A stretch of 64,000 nt of DNA, taken from Minisyncoccia bacterium (GTDB taxonomy: Bacteria; Patescibacteriota; Minisyncoccia; Phycocordibacterales; JAKFXT01). The DNA is taken from positions 6,629 through 70,628 of the forward strand of contig JBGPJO010000002.1 in NCBI GenBank assembly GCA_041485465.1, given 5' to 3'. Positions 1-9,544 of this stretch are shown here, piece after piece (the stretch's first letter is position 1; the number at the start of each line of letters is the position of its first letter). The notes beneath the pieces were generated by a model that had not been told where the DNA came from, did not search any database, and worked only from the letters and a program-made list of their open reading frames with translations. The translations under genes were made by a program, and so were the position numbers.

Positions 1-147
1 TGGAATTTTTGGAATACGCCATTGTGCCCCCGAACGTTGCACTAACAATCGTCTCTGCACGGAAATAAAAACAAAAACTCCCCCTTAGGGGAGTTTTTGA
101 CAGTCGGCTTGTTTTTGAGTAATTTTGGGATAGAAGAGGAGGCAGCC

Positions 148-420
148 ATGGATGATGCAAAGATACGCAAGGTTCTCAGGATGTACAGAAGAGAGCTGAT
201 TAAGCGCGGTGCGAAGCCAGTCAGCATCCATCACGAAAAGATCCCGCGGACTTCCGACGAAAAGCTGGATCACATTCTCGGTATGATTCCGAAGATGTAC
301 AAGTTTTTGAATGAGGGACGACGGGAGAAGGTTATGCGGTGGCTGGGCTTCATACAGGGAGTACTTTGGGCAACCAAGGTCTATTCTGTCGATGAGCTCA
401 AGAACCATAACCGGCCATAG
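148..420 (+). CDS. hypothetical protein (90 aa)
   Basis: ORF with AGAGGAGG Shine-Dalgarno 6 nt upstream of the ATG at 148. It follows a bidirectional terminator hairpin at about 70-100. No motif is recognisable. Confidence 0.4.
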   Translation: MDDAKIRKVLRMYRRELIKRGAKPVSIHHEKIPRTSDEKLDHILGMIPKMYKFLNEGRREKVMRWLGFIQGVLWATKVYSVDELKNHNRP

Positions 421-458
421 TCGGTATTATTCAGAAAGTTTTTGTAAAGGAGGTGCAC

Positions 459-575
459 ATGAAAGTGGGGACTAAAAAATGCACGCGTCACGCCGCATTA
501 CCCATTATCTTCATCGCCATCTTTGCTCTCGCCTCTTTCAGTGCCCATGAAATCAAGGGGCAAGGAGGCGACTAG
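459..575 (+). CDS. small hydrophobic peptide (38 aa, MKVGTKKCTRHAALPIIFIAIFALASFSAHEIKGQGGD)
   Basis: Strong AAAGGAGG Shine-Dalgarno 7 nt upstream, a single transmembrane-like segment, and an intrinsic terminator at 617-648. Confidence 0.35.
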   Translation: MKVGTKKCTRHAALPIIFIAIFALASFSAHEIKGQGGD

Positions 576-616
576 CGTAGCAAATACATTCACATGATCT
601 GATCGCAATCTCAAAT

Positions 617-648
617 GATCCGCAACACTGCCGCGGGTCATTTTTTTT
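617..648 (+). terminator. rho-independent terminator (GATCCGC/GCGGGTC stem followed by T8)
   Basis: Hairpin followed by the run ATTTTTTTT. Confidence 0.5.
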
Positions 649-695
649 CCACACTCTTTCCACTTCTCGCGCACCCTTAAAAAGGCCTCTAATGT

Positions 696-724
696 TTGAC
701 TAGTTAAAACCTTTTAGCTATAGT
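696..724 (+). promoter_or_regulatory. sigma70-like promoter TTGACT-17 nt-TATAGT
   Basis: Near-consensus -35 and -10 hexamers with 17-nt spacing, upstream of the tuf leader. Confidence 0.5.
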
Positions 725-881
725 GTTCTGACCGCATTTTTCTCTATAATATGAATGCGTGCCCCGCCTCCGGCGGGGCGTGCTGCCTCACGGCAGTTTT
801 ATTAGTTGTTATTAATTTGTAGTTTTGAGAGGCAAGCAACCGTTCTCGCGGGCTTACCTTTCGAAAGTACCAAAGAAAATT

Positions 882-2081
882 ATGGCAGAATCAAAAGCCT
901 TCGATCGCAGCAAGCCACACGTCAACGTCGGCACGATCGGTCACGTCGACCATGGTAAGACCACTCTTACCGCCGCAATCCTCCACGTGCTTAACATGTC
1001 CGGAAAGGAGGTGAAGCTTAAAGGTGTCGACCAGATTGACTCCGCGCCTGAAGAAAAAGCGCGCGGTATTACCATTAATATTTCGCACAACGAGTATTCA
1101 ACCGATACTCGCCACTACGCGCACATCGATGCTCCGGGTCACGCCGATTACATCAAGAACATGATCACCGGCGCGGCCCAAATGGACGGCGCAATTCTTG
1201 TTGTTGCCGCAACTGACGGCGTCATGCCGCAGACCCGTGAACACGTCCTTCTTGCAAAGCAGGTCGGCGTTCCGAAAATCATCGTTTTCCTTAATAAGGT
1301 TGACATGGTGCCCGATAAAGACCTTATTGATCTCGTCGAAGAAGAGGTCCGCGAGCTTTTGACGAAACAAGGTTTTGACGGCAAAGACGCTCCGGTTATC
1401 CGCGGTTCAGGCCTTAAAGCTCTTGAATCAAAGTCGGTAACCGACGAATATGCGCAGAAAATTATCGAACTGACAAACGCTCTTGATACCTACATCCCAA
1501 TCCCGGTGCGCGAGCTCGACAAGCCATTCCTCATGCCGGTTGAAGACATCTTCTCGATTGAAGGCCGCGGTACCGTTGTCACCGGCCGCATCGAGCGCGG
1601 AAAAATCAAAGTGGGCGACGAAGTTGAGGTCATCGGTTTTAAAGACACTCTTAAAACAACCGTTACCGGTATTGAAATGTTCAACAAGTCGCTTCAAGAA
1701 GGTCTTGCGGGAGACAATGCGGGAATTCTTGTTCGCGGTTTGAAAAAAGAAGACATCCACCGCGGTCAGGTTCTTGCAAAACCGGGCTCCGTTACTCCTC
1801 ACACCGAATTCGAATCCGAAGTGTACATTCTCACCAAAGAAGAAGGGGGCAGGCACACGCCGTTCTTCACTGGGTATAAGCCACAGTTCTATATTCGGAC
1901 GACTGACGTTACCGGCGAGGTGGCTCTTAAAGAGGGAGTCGAGATGGTCATGCCGGGCGATACCGTCACCTTCAAAGTGAAGCTTGTCGCGCCAGTTGCT
2001 CTTGAAGAAAAACAGCGCTTCGCTATTCGCGAAGGCGGCAAGACAGTTGGTGCAGGTGTTGTCACTAAAGTTATAGCGTAA
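882..2081 (+). CDS. tuf: elongation factor Tu
   Basis: [11 protein letters not shown]-loop, DCPGHADY motif and NKVD motif. Full-length match to EF-Tu. The ATG at 882 gives the canonical MAESK...[12 protein letters not shown]-terminus. Confidence 0.95.
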   Translation: MAESKAFDRSKPHVNVGTIGHVDHGKTTLTAAILHVLNMSGKEVKLKGVDQIDSAPEEKARGITINISHNEYSTDTRHYAHIDAPGHADYIKNMITGAAQMDGAILVVAATDGVMPQTREHVLLAKQVGVPKIIVFLNKVDMVPDKDLIDLVEEEVRELLTKQGFDGKDAPVIRGSGLKALESKSVTDEYAQKIIELTNALDTYIPIPVRELDKPFLMPVEDIFSIEGRGTVVTGRIERGKIKVGDEVEVIGFKDTLKTTVTGIEMFNKSLQEGLAGDNAGILVRGLKKEDIHRGQVLAKPGSVTPHTEFESEVYILTKEEGGRHTPFFTGYKPQFYIRTTDVTGEVALKEGVEMVMPGDTVTFKVKLVAPVALEEKQRFAIREGGKTVGAGVVTKVIA

Positions 2082-2089
2082 GGATTCTC

Positions 2090-2488
2090 ATGGCAGAGAA
2101 GGCGACAAAAACAGCACTGAGAACAGCACCGAGAAAAAGAGCGGCTCCAAAGGCTTCAACCAAAATTCCAGCCAAAGAAGACTTTGGCAAGCTCCGCATC
2201 AGGGTACGCGCCTACGAGCACAAGATTCTTGATGCTTCCGTAAAACAAATCATCGACACGGCGCTCCGCTATGACGCGAAAGTGGAAGGACCGGTACCGC
2301 TTCCGACTGAAATAAAAAAATATACGGTCAATCGTTCGACCTTTATCTTCAAAAACTCGCGAGAACAATTTGAAATGCGGGTTCACAAGCGCTTGATCGA
2401 CATCATCAATCCTTCAGTCAAAGTGATTGAAGCGCTCACCAACTTGAGCCTCCCTTCAGGAGTCTCAATTGATGTGAAGATGATGTAA
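2090..2488 (+). CDS. rpsJ: 30S ribosomal protein S10 with a basic N-terminal extension
   Basis: RIRVRAYEHKILD...IINPSVKVIEAL is S10-like. Position after tuf matches the conserved operon order. Confidence 0.9.
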   Translation: MAEKATKTALRTAPRKRAAPKASTKIPAKEDFGKLRIRVRAYEHKILDASVKQIIDTALRYDAKVEGPVPLPTEIKKYTVNRSTFIFKNSREQFEMRVHKRLIDIINPSVKVIEALTNLSLPSGVSIDVKMM

Positions 2489-2681
2489 GTTAAAAAAGAA
2501 AACCATCAAAAAAGCCCTAACCTGGAGGGCTTTTTTGTTTGCATTTTTAAATGGCTCATGTATACTCTTCGCAACTCGCAAGAGTAGATCTATGTCCCTC
2601 CGTTAAGGCGTTCGGGACCAATGGACAATTATTCCGCACGGAATCGTCCATTGCGGATTTTTTGTTGACTATATTTATATT

Positions 2682-3296
2682 GTGAAATTCATTCTCGGCA
2701 CAAAGCAATACATGACGCAGGTGTTTGATGAAAAAGGCGTGGTCACGCCCGGCACTGTTGTTTCCTGCGGTCCGGTCACCGTAACTGCCGTCAAAAACTC
2801 CGAGAAAGACGGATACAAAGCGGTTCAGGTTGGCTTTGGTGTTGCAAAAGAAAAAAATGTTTCAAAACCACAGCTCGGTCATTTCAAAGGAAAGGGCCCG
2901 TTCAAGCATCTTAAAGAATTTAAGGCTTCCGAAGGAACATTTGAAGTCGGTTCGACTATTGATGTTTCAACATTTAACGAAGGGGATACCGTTTCTGTTT
3001 CGGGAATTTCAAAGGGTAAAGGTTTTCAGGGTGTGGTCAAGCGCCATGGCTTCCATGGAGGTCCTCGCACTCACGGGCAGAAGCATTCCGAGCGCGAGCC
3101 GGGGTCAATCGGCGGTGGCGGACGCGCGGGGGGTCGCGTCATCAAAGGTATGCGCATGGCGGGAAGAATGGGGGGAGACCGCATATCGGTTGCGAACCTG
3201 CGCGTTATCAAAGTTTTCCCAAAGACGAACGAGATGATTATTTCGGGAGCGCTTCCCGGCGCGCGTGGCACCTTGCTTGAAATTGTTTCTATATAA
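2682..3296 (+). CDS. rplC: 50S ribosomal protein L3 (GTG start)
   Basis: GTKQYMTQVFDEKG...FQGVVKRHGF motifs match L3. Position in the S10 operon is as expected. Confidence 0.9.
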   Translation: MKFILGTKQYMTQVFDEKGVVTPGTVVSCGPVTVTAVKNSEKDGYKAVQVGFGVAKEKNVSKPQLGHFKGKGPFKHLKEFKASEGTFEVGSTIDVSTFNEGDTVSVSGISKGKGFQGVVKRHGFHGGPRTHGQKHSEREPGSIGGGGRAGGRVIKGMRMAGRMGGDRISVANLRVIKVFPKTNEMIISGALPGARGTLLEIVSI

Positions 3297-3303
3297 ATAA
3301 AAA

Positions 3304-3963
3304 ATGGAAGCGAAAATTTACAACCAAAAAGGAAAAGAGGCGGGGAAAATAAAACTTCCCGAGGAAGTTTTTGGCCTTCCCTGGAACGCCGACCTAGTAC
3401 ACCAGGTTATTACCTCGATGGAATCAAGCGGGCGTTTTGGCACTGCTCACACGAAAGATCGCGGTGAGGTTAGGGGCGGTGGCAAAAAGCCATGGCGGCA
3501 GAAAGGCACGGGGAGAGCGCGGCACGGTTCGATCCGTTCTCCTATTTGGAGGGGTGGAGGTATTACCCACGGTCCGCGAGCTGAGAAAAACTACGAGCGC
3601 AAAGTTAATCGGAAGATGAAGCTAAAAGCGCTTCATACGCTTTTATCGCGAAAGTGGAAAGACGGAGAAATAATTTTCATGGACAGCCTCTCCCTTTCAG
3701 CGCCAAAAACCAAGGAAGGAAAGGAAATTCTTTTGAATCTCGCCGGTATCGCGGGATTCGAGGGAATCATGAAAAAGAAGAAAAACGCGCTTTTACTTGC
3801 AATCGACAAGAAAAACGCGCCGGTTGAAAAAAGCTTCCGTAATTTCGCGAATGTTGAAGTCTCCGAAGTGAGGAATCTCAATCCGGTTGCCCTTGCCACC
3901 TACCGCTTTGTCGCAATTGTTAATCCCGAAGAGTCGCTTAAATCGTTCGCAAGGAAGATATAA
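3304..3963 (+). CDS. rplD: 50S ribosomal protein L4
   Basis: KPWRQKGTGRARHGS motif. Confidence 0.9.
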   Translation: MEAKIYNQKGKEAGKIKLPEEVFGLPWNADLVHQVITSMESSGRFGTAHTKDRGEVRGGGKKPWRQKGTGRARHGSIRSPIWRGGGITHGPRAEKNYERKVNRKMKLKALHTLLSRKWKDGEIIFMDSLSLSAPKTKEGKEILLNLAGIAGFEGIMKKKKNALLLAIDKKNAPVEKSFRNFANVEVSEVRNLNPVALATYRFVAIVNPEESLKSFARKI

Positions 3964-3971
3964 TCAACACC

Positions 3972-4349
3972 ATGGCAATTTTTGGAGGAAAAAAGAAAAC
4001 TGAAATGAAAAAAGACGCCCCGAGTGCCGCTATCGAGCGCGAAATGGGAAATATTGTGCGCGAAGAGAGGGAAACATTTCCGTCGCGCGTCATTATACGG
4101 CCGCGCATTACCGAAAAGGCGACAGCCAAGTCAGAATCGGGTGTGTATACGTTTGATGTCGAAAAAAGTGCGACGAAAAATTCAATTGCCTCTGCCATAA
4201 AAAATCTTTTCAAGGTGACGCCGGTTAAGATCGCGATTGTTCCTATCAAAAGCAAGAATATATTCTCTCGCGGTAAACGCGGCAGGACGAAAACCGGCAA
4301 GAAAGCGTATGTCTATCTGAAGAAGGGAGATGTCATCGAATTTGTCTAA
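3972..4349 (+). CDS. rplW: 50S ribosomal protein L23
   Basis: RPRITEKA...YTFDV pattern, with the gene order expected for L23. Confidence 0.85.
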   Translation: MAIFGGKKKTEMKKDAPSAAIEREMGNIVREERETFPSRVIIRPRITEKATAKSESGVYTFDVEKSATKNSIASAIKNLFKVTPVKIAIVPIKSKNIFSRGKRGRTKTGKKAYVYLKKGDVIEFV

Positions 4350-4358
4350 AGAAAAATC

Positions 4359-5204
4359 ATGAAAACATACCGACCAACAACCCCCTCACGCCGCAACATG
4401 ACCACGATTTCAAATCGTGAGCTAATAACGCGCGACCATCCGGAAAAGTCTCTCGTTTCCGGTGGAAAACGCGGTGTCGGGAGAAATGCTTTTGGCCGGA
4501 TTACGGTTCGCCACAAAGGGGGCGGACACAAGCGCCGCTTCCGTGACATCGATTTTCTTTTCGATAAAATAGATATTCCGGGGAGGATCGCGTCAATTGA
4601 ATATGATCCCAATCGCTCTGGTCTCATTGCGCTTATCATCTATAAGGATGGCGAGAAACGTTACATGCTCGCGCCTCAATCACTGAAAGTCGGGGAGACG
4701 ATTCTTGCGGGAGAAAAAGCGCCACTGACGCCGGGTAATCGTCTGCCGCTTAGAAATATTCCGATCGGCACATTTGTTTATAATATTGAACTCAAATCGC
4801 GCGGCGGAGCGAAACTCTGCAGAAGCGCGGGAAACTATGCCGAAGTGATCGCTCACGACATGGGCTACGCCAACGTGAAGTTGCCCTCGACTGAAGTGAG
4901 AAAAATTCCCGAAAATGCTTGGGCTTCAATCGGCGAGGTTTCAAACGAGGAGCATCACTTGGAAAATATCGGCAAAGCGGGACGCTCTCGCTGGATGGGT
5001 ATTCGTCCGACCGTTCGCGGTACCGCTATGAATCCGGTTGACCATCCTCATGGCGGGGGCGAAGGACGCCAAGGACGCGGATTGCGCCGTGCCAAAAGCG
5101 CGTGGGGCAAGCCGACAGGCAAGGGGCAGAAGACAAGGACGCCGAAGAAATACTCAAATCGACTTATCGTCTCTCGCCGTAAGGTTGGCAAAAAGCGAGA
5201 ATAA
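4359..5204 (+). CDS. rplB: 50S ribosomal protein L2
   Basis: GRNAFGRITVRHKGGGHKRRFR, HPHGGGEG and SNRLIVSRRK motifs. Confidence 0.95.
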   Translation: MKTYRPTTPSRRNMTTISNRELITRDHPEKSLVSGGKRGVGRNAFGRITVRHKGGGHKRRFRDIDFLFDKIDIPGRIASIEYDPNRSGLIALIIYKDGEKRYMLAPQSLKVGETILAGEKAPLTPGNRLPLRNIPIGTFVYNIELKSRGGAKLCRSAGNYAEVIAHDMGYANVKLPSTEVRKIPENAWASIGEVSNEEHHLENIGKAGRSRWMGIRPTVRGTAMNPVDHPHGGGEGRQGRGLRRAKSAWGKPTGKGQKTRTPKKYSNRLIVSRRKVGKKRE

Positions 5205-5212
5205 GAAAAAAA

Positions 5213-5241
5213 CATCGCGCCCCTCGCGATGTTTTTGTTTT
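5213..5241 (+). terminator. intrinsic terminator after rplB (CATCGCG/CGCGATG stem plus TTTTTGTTTTT)
   Basis: Perfect 7-bp stem followed by a T-run. It is followed directly by a TTGACA hexamer. Confidence 0.6.
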
Positions 5242-5298
5242 TGACAATAAGAGAAAATCTAGTAGTTTGAAAGGAGAAAACAGATTGCGAGGGATGTC

Positions 5299-5574
5299 AT
5301 GGACCAAAATGGCGAAGAGTCTTCTTATCGCTACACAGTTACTTGGAAGCCGACGGGTGAAAAACTTCACATCTGCTCAGAAGAAGAGCTGAAGAGAGAA
5401 ACAATCTTTATCATTCCTAAACGGTTGGGGAGTGAAACCCTCCTTTCGTCCTGCCGAAAATTCACCGTTTTTGTGTGCTTGCTTAACGGCACAAAGATCA
5501 AACTTGACGTTTCTCTTGATGATGAAGCAAACACTAGTTCGTTACGTGGTCAAGAGAAGGCGAAAATTCCATGA
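5299..5574 (+). CDS. hypothetical protein (91 aa), first gene of an inserted cassette
   Basis: GAGGGA Shine-Dalgarno 4 nt upstream. It overlaps the next ORF by 4 bp (ATGA). No homology is recognisable. Confidence 0.4.
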   Translation: MDQNGEESSYRYTVTWKPTGEKLHICSEEELKRETIFIIPKRLGSETLLSSCRKFTVFVCLLNGTKIKLDVSLDDEANTSSLRGQEKAKIP

Positions 5575-5870
5575 GTGGTCCTCTCGGGAGGGTAACGTCG
5601 GTTGTTGCCAAAGAGCGCAAGGGAAGGGTAATTTTTATCCACACGATTAAGATCCACACGAAAAAATACCACCGCAAAAGCTATTTCTACCTCCTAACCT
5701 TTCGCGAAATAGAAAAAGGATCACTGATCAAGATCCTCATACCCTCAGAGGTTCCAAGCATCCAAGTCTATGTGCCGTGGAATTGCCTTGAGTATTCTCT
5801 CCCGATAGGCAATACGGGAGTAGATTGGCAGGGAAAAATTTGTCTTTTCCGAAAAGTCCTAACGGGGTAG
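5571..5870 (+). CDS. hypothetical protein (99 aa), second gene of the inserted cassette
   Basis: Translationally coupled to the upstream ORF. Its stop codon lies inside the terminator stem at 5864-5897. Confidence 0.4.
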   Translation: MSGPLGRVTSVVAKERKGRVIFIHTIKIHTKKYHRKSYFYLLTFREIEKGSLIKILIPSEVPSIQVYVPWNCLEYSLPIGNTGVDWQGKICLFRKVLTG

Positions 5871-5897
5871 CAATTTGACACTGCTACCCCTTTTTTG
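5864..5897 (+). terminator. intrinsic terminator (GGGGTAGCA/TGCTACCCC stem plus T6)
   Basis: 9-bp perfect stem followed by TTTTTTGT. Confidence 0.65.
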
Positions 5898-5973
5898 TAC
5901 TATGCACAGGCCTCATTTGGCGAAGGCACGTACCCCGTAAGGGTGTGCTTTTTATTTTATCTTGCATTAGATA

Positions 5974-6333
5974 ATGACGCGATCACTCAAAAAAGGACCA
6001 TACCTTGACCCGAAACTTTTGAAAAAGATTGAGGGTAAACGGCCTGAAAATGTCGGGGTTATTAAGACCTGGGCACGCCGTAGCCAGATTTCTCCTGAAA
6101 TGGTCGGTTTCAAGTTTGGTGTTCACAACGGCAGAGACCATATCGAAGTTTTGGTGACGGAGGATATGGTCGGGCATCGTCTCGGCGAATTTTCTCTGAC
6201 GCGCAAGTTTCTCCGTCACGGCGGCAAGATGCAAAAGGAACTTGAGCAGAAGAAAAAAGAAGCCGAAATTGCCGCAGCGCAGTCGGCGAAGGCATCGACC
6301 ACTGAAAAAGCGCCCGCTGCTCCGGCAAAATAA
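5974..6333 (+). CDS. rpsS: 30S ribosomal protein S19 with an Ala/Lys-rich C-terminal tail
   Basis: [14 protein letters not shown]...GHRLGEFS motifs. Confidence 0.9.
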   Translation: MTRSLKKGPYLDPKLLKKIEGKRPENVGVIKTWARRSQISPEMVGFKFGVHNGRDHIEVLVTEDMVGHRLGEFSLTRKFLRHGGKMQKELEQKKKEAEIAAAQSAKASTTEKAPAAPAK

Positions 6334-6340
6334 TTAACTT

Positions 6341-6664
6341 ATGAAAGCAGTGCTTAAAAACTATCGTCAGTCGCCGCGCAAGGTTCGTCTCGTGGCGAAT
6401 CTGATAAAAGGAAAGTCCGCCGACCGCGCTTTGCTTGAACTTTCCTATCTTCCGAAGCGTGCGGGGAAACCCCTCGAGAAGCTTTTGCGCTCGGCGGTTG
6501 CAAACGCGAAGCGGGACGGATTGACTGCTGAGGACCTGATCATAAAAAAGATGACCGTTGATAAAGGCATTGTTTTGAAACGCATGATGCCACGCGCCCG
6601 CGGTTCCGCCGCCCAAATTTTAAAAAGAATGAGTCATATTACCCTCGAACTTTCCCGTAAATAA
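6341..6664 (+). CDS. rplV: 50S ribosomal protein L22
   Basis: SPRKVRLVANLIKG...MPRARGSA motifs. Confidence 0.9.
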   Translation: MKAVLKNYRQSPRKVRLVANLIKGKSADRALLELSYLPKRAGKPLEKLLRSAVANAKRDGLTAEDLIIKKMTVDKGIVLKRMMPRARGSAAQILKRMSHITLELSRK

Positions 6665-6668
6665 TTGT

Positions 6669-7334
6669 ATGTCACACACCGTACATCCATACGCACATCG
6701 CCTCGGCATCATCAGGGACTGGAAATCCCGGTGGTTTTCGGTGGGTGAGAGATATCGCGCGTATCTGCGCGGCGACGTTCTCTTGCGCGAGTATCTTGAG
6801 AAGCGGCTCCGTGGTTTTTATGTAAGCGATATAGAAATCGAGCGCGGCGAGAAAACACTCCGCATCATTATCAAGACTTCACGCCCCGGCATGATCATCG
6901 GAAGGAGCGGCGAGGGCTCGGACAAACTCCGCAAAGATATCGCGTCTCTCATGGAGAAAAAGAAACTGCCGAAGCCAAAAGAACTTAAAATTGATATCGA
7001 GGAAGTCCGTTCGCCCGAATCAAACGCCCACATTGTCGCTTTTATGGTTGTTGAAGGCCTTGAGAAGCGTTTGCCATACCGGAGAGTTTTGAAGCAGATC
7101 GTCGAGAAGGTGATGGCGAATCGGGACGTCAAAGGAGCGCGTGTTCTCATTTCCGGGCGCCTCGGCGGTACCGACATTGCCCGCGCGGAGGGAATTAAAA
7201 AGGGGCGCGTTCCGCTTCAGACATTTCGCGCTGATATTGATTTCGCCCGTGAGCGAGCGCACCTTCCCTATGGCGACATCGGCGTCAAGGTTTGGATTTA
7301 TCGAGGTGAAATTTTCGATAAAGATAAAAAGTAA
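6669..7334 (+). CDS. rpsC: 30S ribosomal protein S3
   Basis: KH-domain and S3 C-terminal motifs (GIKKGRVPLQTFRADIDFA). Confidence 0.9.
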   Translation: MSHTVHPYAHRLGIIRDWKSRWFSVGERYRAYLRGDVLLREYLEKRLRGFYVSDIEIERGEKTLRIIIKTSRPGMIIGRSGEGSDKLRKDIASLMEKKKLPKPKELKIDIEEVRSPESNAHIVAFMVVEGLEKRLPYRRVLKQIVEKVMANRDVKGARVLISGRLGGTDIARAEGIKKGRVPLQTFRADIDFARERAHLPYGDIGVKVWIYRGEIFDKDKK

Positions 7335-7337
7335 GGT

Positions 7338-7763
7338 ATGTTATTCCCGAAGAAAGTAAAATACAGGAAATGGCACAGCGCGCGGCGAAATCCAAAAAAG
7401 TCGTGGGTTGAGACGCGCGGTACCGAACTTTCTTTCGGCTCCTATGGCTTGAAGGCGCTCTCCGCCGGGCGCGTCCGCTCCAACCAAATCGAATCGTCGC
7501 GCAAAGTGATCGCACGGGCAACCGGCAAAGTCGGCAGAATGTGGATCCGGATTTTTCCGGATTTTCCCTTTACCGCAAAGGCCGCGGAAGTCGGCATGGG
7601 AAAGGGTAAGGGAGATCCGCAGGGCTATCAGTTCCAAGTTCGGCCGGGGAGAATTCTTTTTGAAGTTGACGGACTCTCTGCCCCTGTTGCCAAAAACACC
7701 CTTCGTAAAGCCGGCGCCAAGCTCCCTATAAAAACTAAAGTAGTGGCGCGCGCCGAAGCGTAA
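7338..7763 (+). CDS. rplP: 50S ribosomal protein L16
   Basis: MLFPKKVKYRK...GMGKGKGDPQGY motifs. Confidence 0.9.
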   Translation: MLFPKKVKYRKWHSARRNPKKSWVETRGTELSFGSYGLKALSAGRVRSNQIESSRKVIARATGKVGRMWIRIFPDFPFTAKAAEVGMGKGKGDPQGYQFQVRPGRILFEVDGLSAPVAKNTLRKAGAKLPIKTKVVARAEA

Positions 7764-7767
7764 TTAT

Positions 7768-7947
7768 ATGAAAGACAGCAAGAGTAAAAACAAGGAAGAG
7801 CTTTTGAAAGAACTCAAAGAGAAAGAAACGGCACTTCGGACATTTCACTTTAGCATCTCGGGAAGCAAGACGAGAAATGTGCGGGAGGGCAGAAACATTC
7901 GTCGCACGGTCGCCCGAATTCGAACTCTCCTCAAGTCAATTAATTAG
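7768..7947 (+). CDS. rpmC: 50S ribosomal protein L29 (59 aa, below the ORF-track cutoff)
   Basis: Manually translated as MKDSKSKNKEELLKELKEKETALRTFHF... Position between rplP and rpsQ fits L29. Confidence 0.7.
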   Translation: MKDSKSKNKEELLKELKEKETALRTFHFSISGSKTRNVREGRNIRRTVARIRTLLKSIN

Positions 7948-7948
7948 C

Positions 7949-8203
7949 ATGGAACAGCACGGAATACAAAAAAATAATCCTCAGGGAAAGCGTCTCGACG
8001 GAGTCGTCGTCTCAAACAAGATGAAAGACACGATTGTTGTTCGGGTTGATCGCTATGTCAAGCACCCCAAATATGGAAAATTCTACACGATGAGCTCCCG
8101 CTTCAAGGCGCACGATCTTGGCAACACGAAGGCAATCGGAGACAAAGTAACGATAGAAGCCTGCCGCCCCCTCTCGAAAGATAAGTATTTTAAAGTTATT
8201 TAA
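7949..8203 (+). CDS. rpsQ: 30S ribosomal protein S17
   Basis: GKRLDGVVVSNKMKDTIVVRVDR motif. The internal ATG at 7949 was chosen. Confidence 0.85.
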   Translation: MEQHGIQKNNPQGKRLDGVVVSNKMKDTIVVRVDRYVKHPKYGKFYTMSSRFKAHDLGNTKAIGDKVTIEACRPLSKDKYFKVI

Positions 8204-8208
8204 CGATT

Positions 8209-8580
8209 ATGATTCAGCCCCGAAGCATTGTGCGCATAGCGGATAATTCAGGCGGAAAAATCGGCCGGGTTTTTAAGGTGCTTGGTTCAACGAGGAAACG
8301 CTACGCGAGAATTGGTGATGTTGTGGTGCTCTCCGTCCAAGTCGCCGAACCGCGTAAAGCCGTAAAGAAAAAAGAAATTCTTCACGCGGTTGTCGTGCGG
8401 CAAAGAGATGCTTTCAGGAGAAAGGACGGCTCATACATCCGTTTTGACGAAAATGCCGTTGTCATAGTTGAAAAAGGGAAGAAAGAACCGAAGGCGGGGC
8501 GTGTGTTCGGTCCAATCCCGCGTGAGCTCGGCGAAGCCGGGTATCAAAAAATTATTTCGCTTGCTCCCGAAGTTGTATAG
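8209..8580 (+). CDS. rplN: 50S ribosomal protein L14
   Basis: MIQPRSIVRIADNSGGK is an L14 N-terminus. Confidence 0.9.
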   Translation: MIQPRSIVRIADNSGGKIGRVFKVLGSTRKRYARIGDVVVLSVQVAEPRKAVKKKEILHAVVVRQRDAFRRKDGSYIRFDENAVVIVEKGKKEPKAGRVFGPIPRELGEAGYQKIISLAPEVV

Positions 8581-8590
8581 AAACATTGCC

Positions 8591-8902
8591 ATGAAAATTA
8601 AGAAAGGAGACACGGTCATAGTCATTTCAGGAGCCGATAAAGGGAAAAGCGGTAAAATTTTACATGTCTATCCGAAAAAAGGGAAAGTTTTGGTAGAAGG
8701 GGTCAACCTCAAAAAAAGGCACCGGAGAAGCCGCCGCAGCGGAGAAAAAGGTCAGATTATCGAGAAACCGAATCAAATTGACGCTTCAAACGTTATGTTT
8801 CTTGATCCGAAACAAAATGTGAAAACGCGCATTGTAATCTCCCGTGAGGGCGGTAAATCGGTGCGTATCGCGAAAAAGAGCGGCGCGGTGATTGAAAAAT
8901 AA
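8591..8902 (+). CDS. rplX: 50S ribosomal protein L24
   Basis: MKIKKGDTVIVISGADKGKSGKIL (KOW motif). Internal ATG chosen. Confidence 0.85.
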   Translation: MKIKKGDTVIVISGADKGKSGKILHVYPKKGKVLVEGVNLKKRHRRSRRSGEKGQIIEKPNQIDASNVMFLDPKQNVKTRIVISREGGKSVRIAKKSGAVIEK

Positions 8903-8903
8903 T

Positions 8904-9449
8904 ATGGAACAGATAAAAGAAAAAACAGCAAAAGCATTCAACGCGCTCAAAGGGAAACTTCATTATACAAATCCCATGCAGGCGCCGCGGCTTGTCAAAA
9001 TTGTTGTCTCAACCGGCGTTGGTTCGCTCAAGGATAAGAAAAAACTCGAACTCATTCTTGATCGCCTCTCTAAAATCACCGGACAAAAAGCTTCGCCGCG
9101 CGGGGCGAAGAAAGCGATAGCGACATTTAAAAGCCGGATTGGCGACATCGTCGGTTATCAGGTGACGCTTCGCGGATCGCGCATGAACGGATTTTTGGAC
9201 AAGTTTTTAAACGTCGCATTGCCCCGTACTAAAGATTTCAGGGGTCTCTCTCGGGGATCCGTTGATGAAATGGGCAATATTACTATCGGCATTAAGGAAC
9301 ACACTATTTTTCCGGAAACGGCGGACGAAGATTTGAAGGACGTCTTTGGCCTCTCGATCACAATCGTGACAACCGCCAAGTCGAAGGACGAGGCGCTCGC
9401 CTATTTGGAGCATCTCGGCTTTCCGTTACGGAAAGGCGAGAAAAAATAA
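8904..9449 (+). CDS. rplE: 50S ribosomal protein L5
   Basis: L5 motifs PRLVKIVVSTGVG...FRG. Confidence 0.9.
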   Translation: MEQIKEKTAKAFNALKGKLHYTNPMQAPRLVKIVVSTGVGSLKDKKKLELILDRLSKITGQKASPRGAKKAIATFKSRIGDIVGYQVTLRGSRMNGFLDKFLNVALPRTKDFRGLSRGSVDEMGNITIGIKEHTIFPETADEDLKDVFGLSITIVTTAKSKDEALAYLEHLGFPLRKGEKK

Positions 9450-9544
9450 GGCTTCTTTGTTTGACAGAAGCTCTTTCGCTTGGTAGCATAGCGCAAAAGC
9501 GAAGAGACGCTTTTTATTTTTCGTCAAATTTTCACCTGCTTTTT

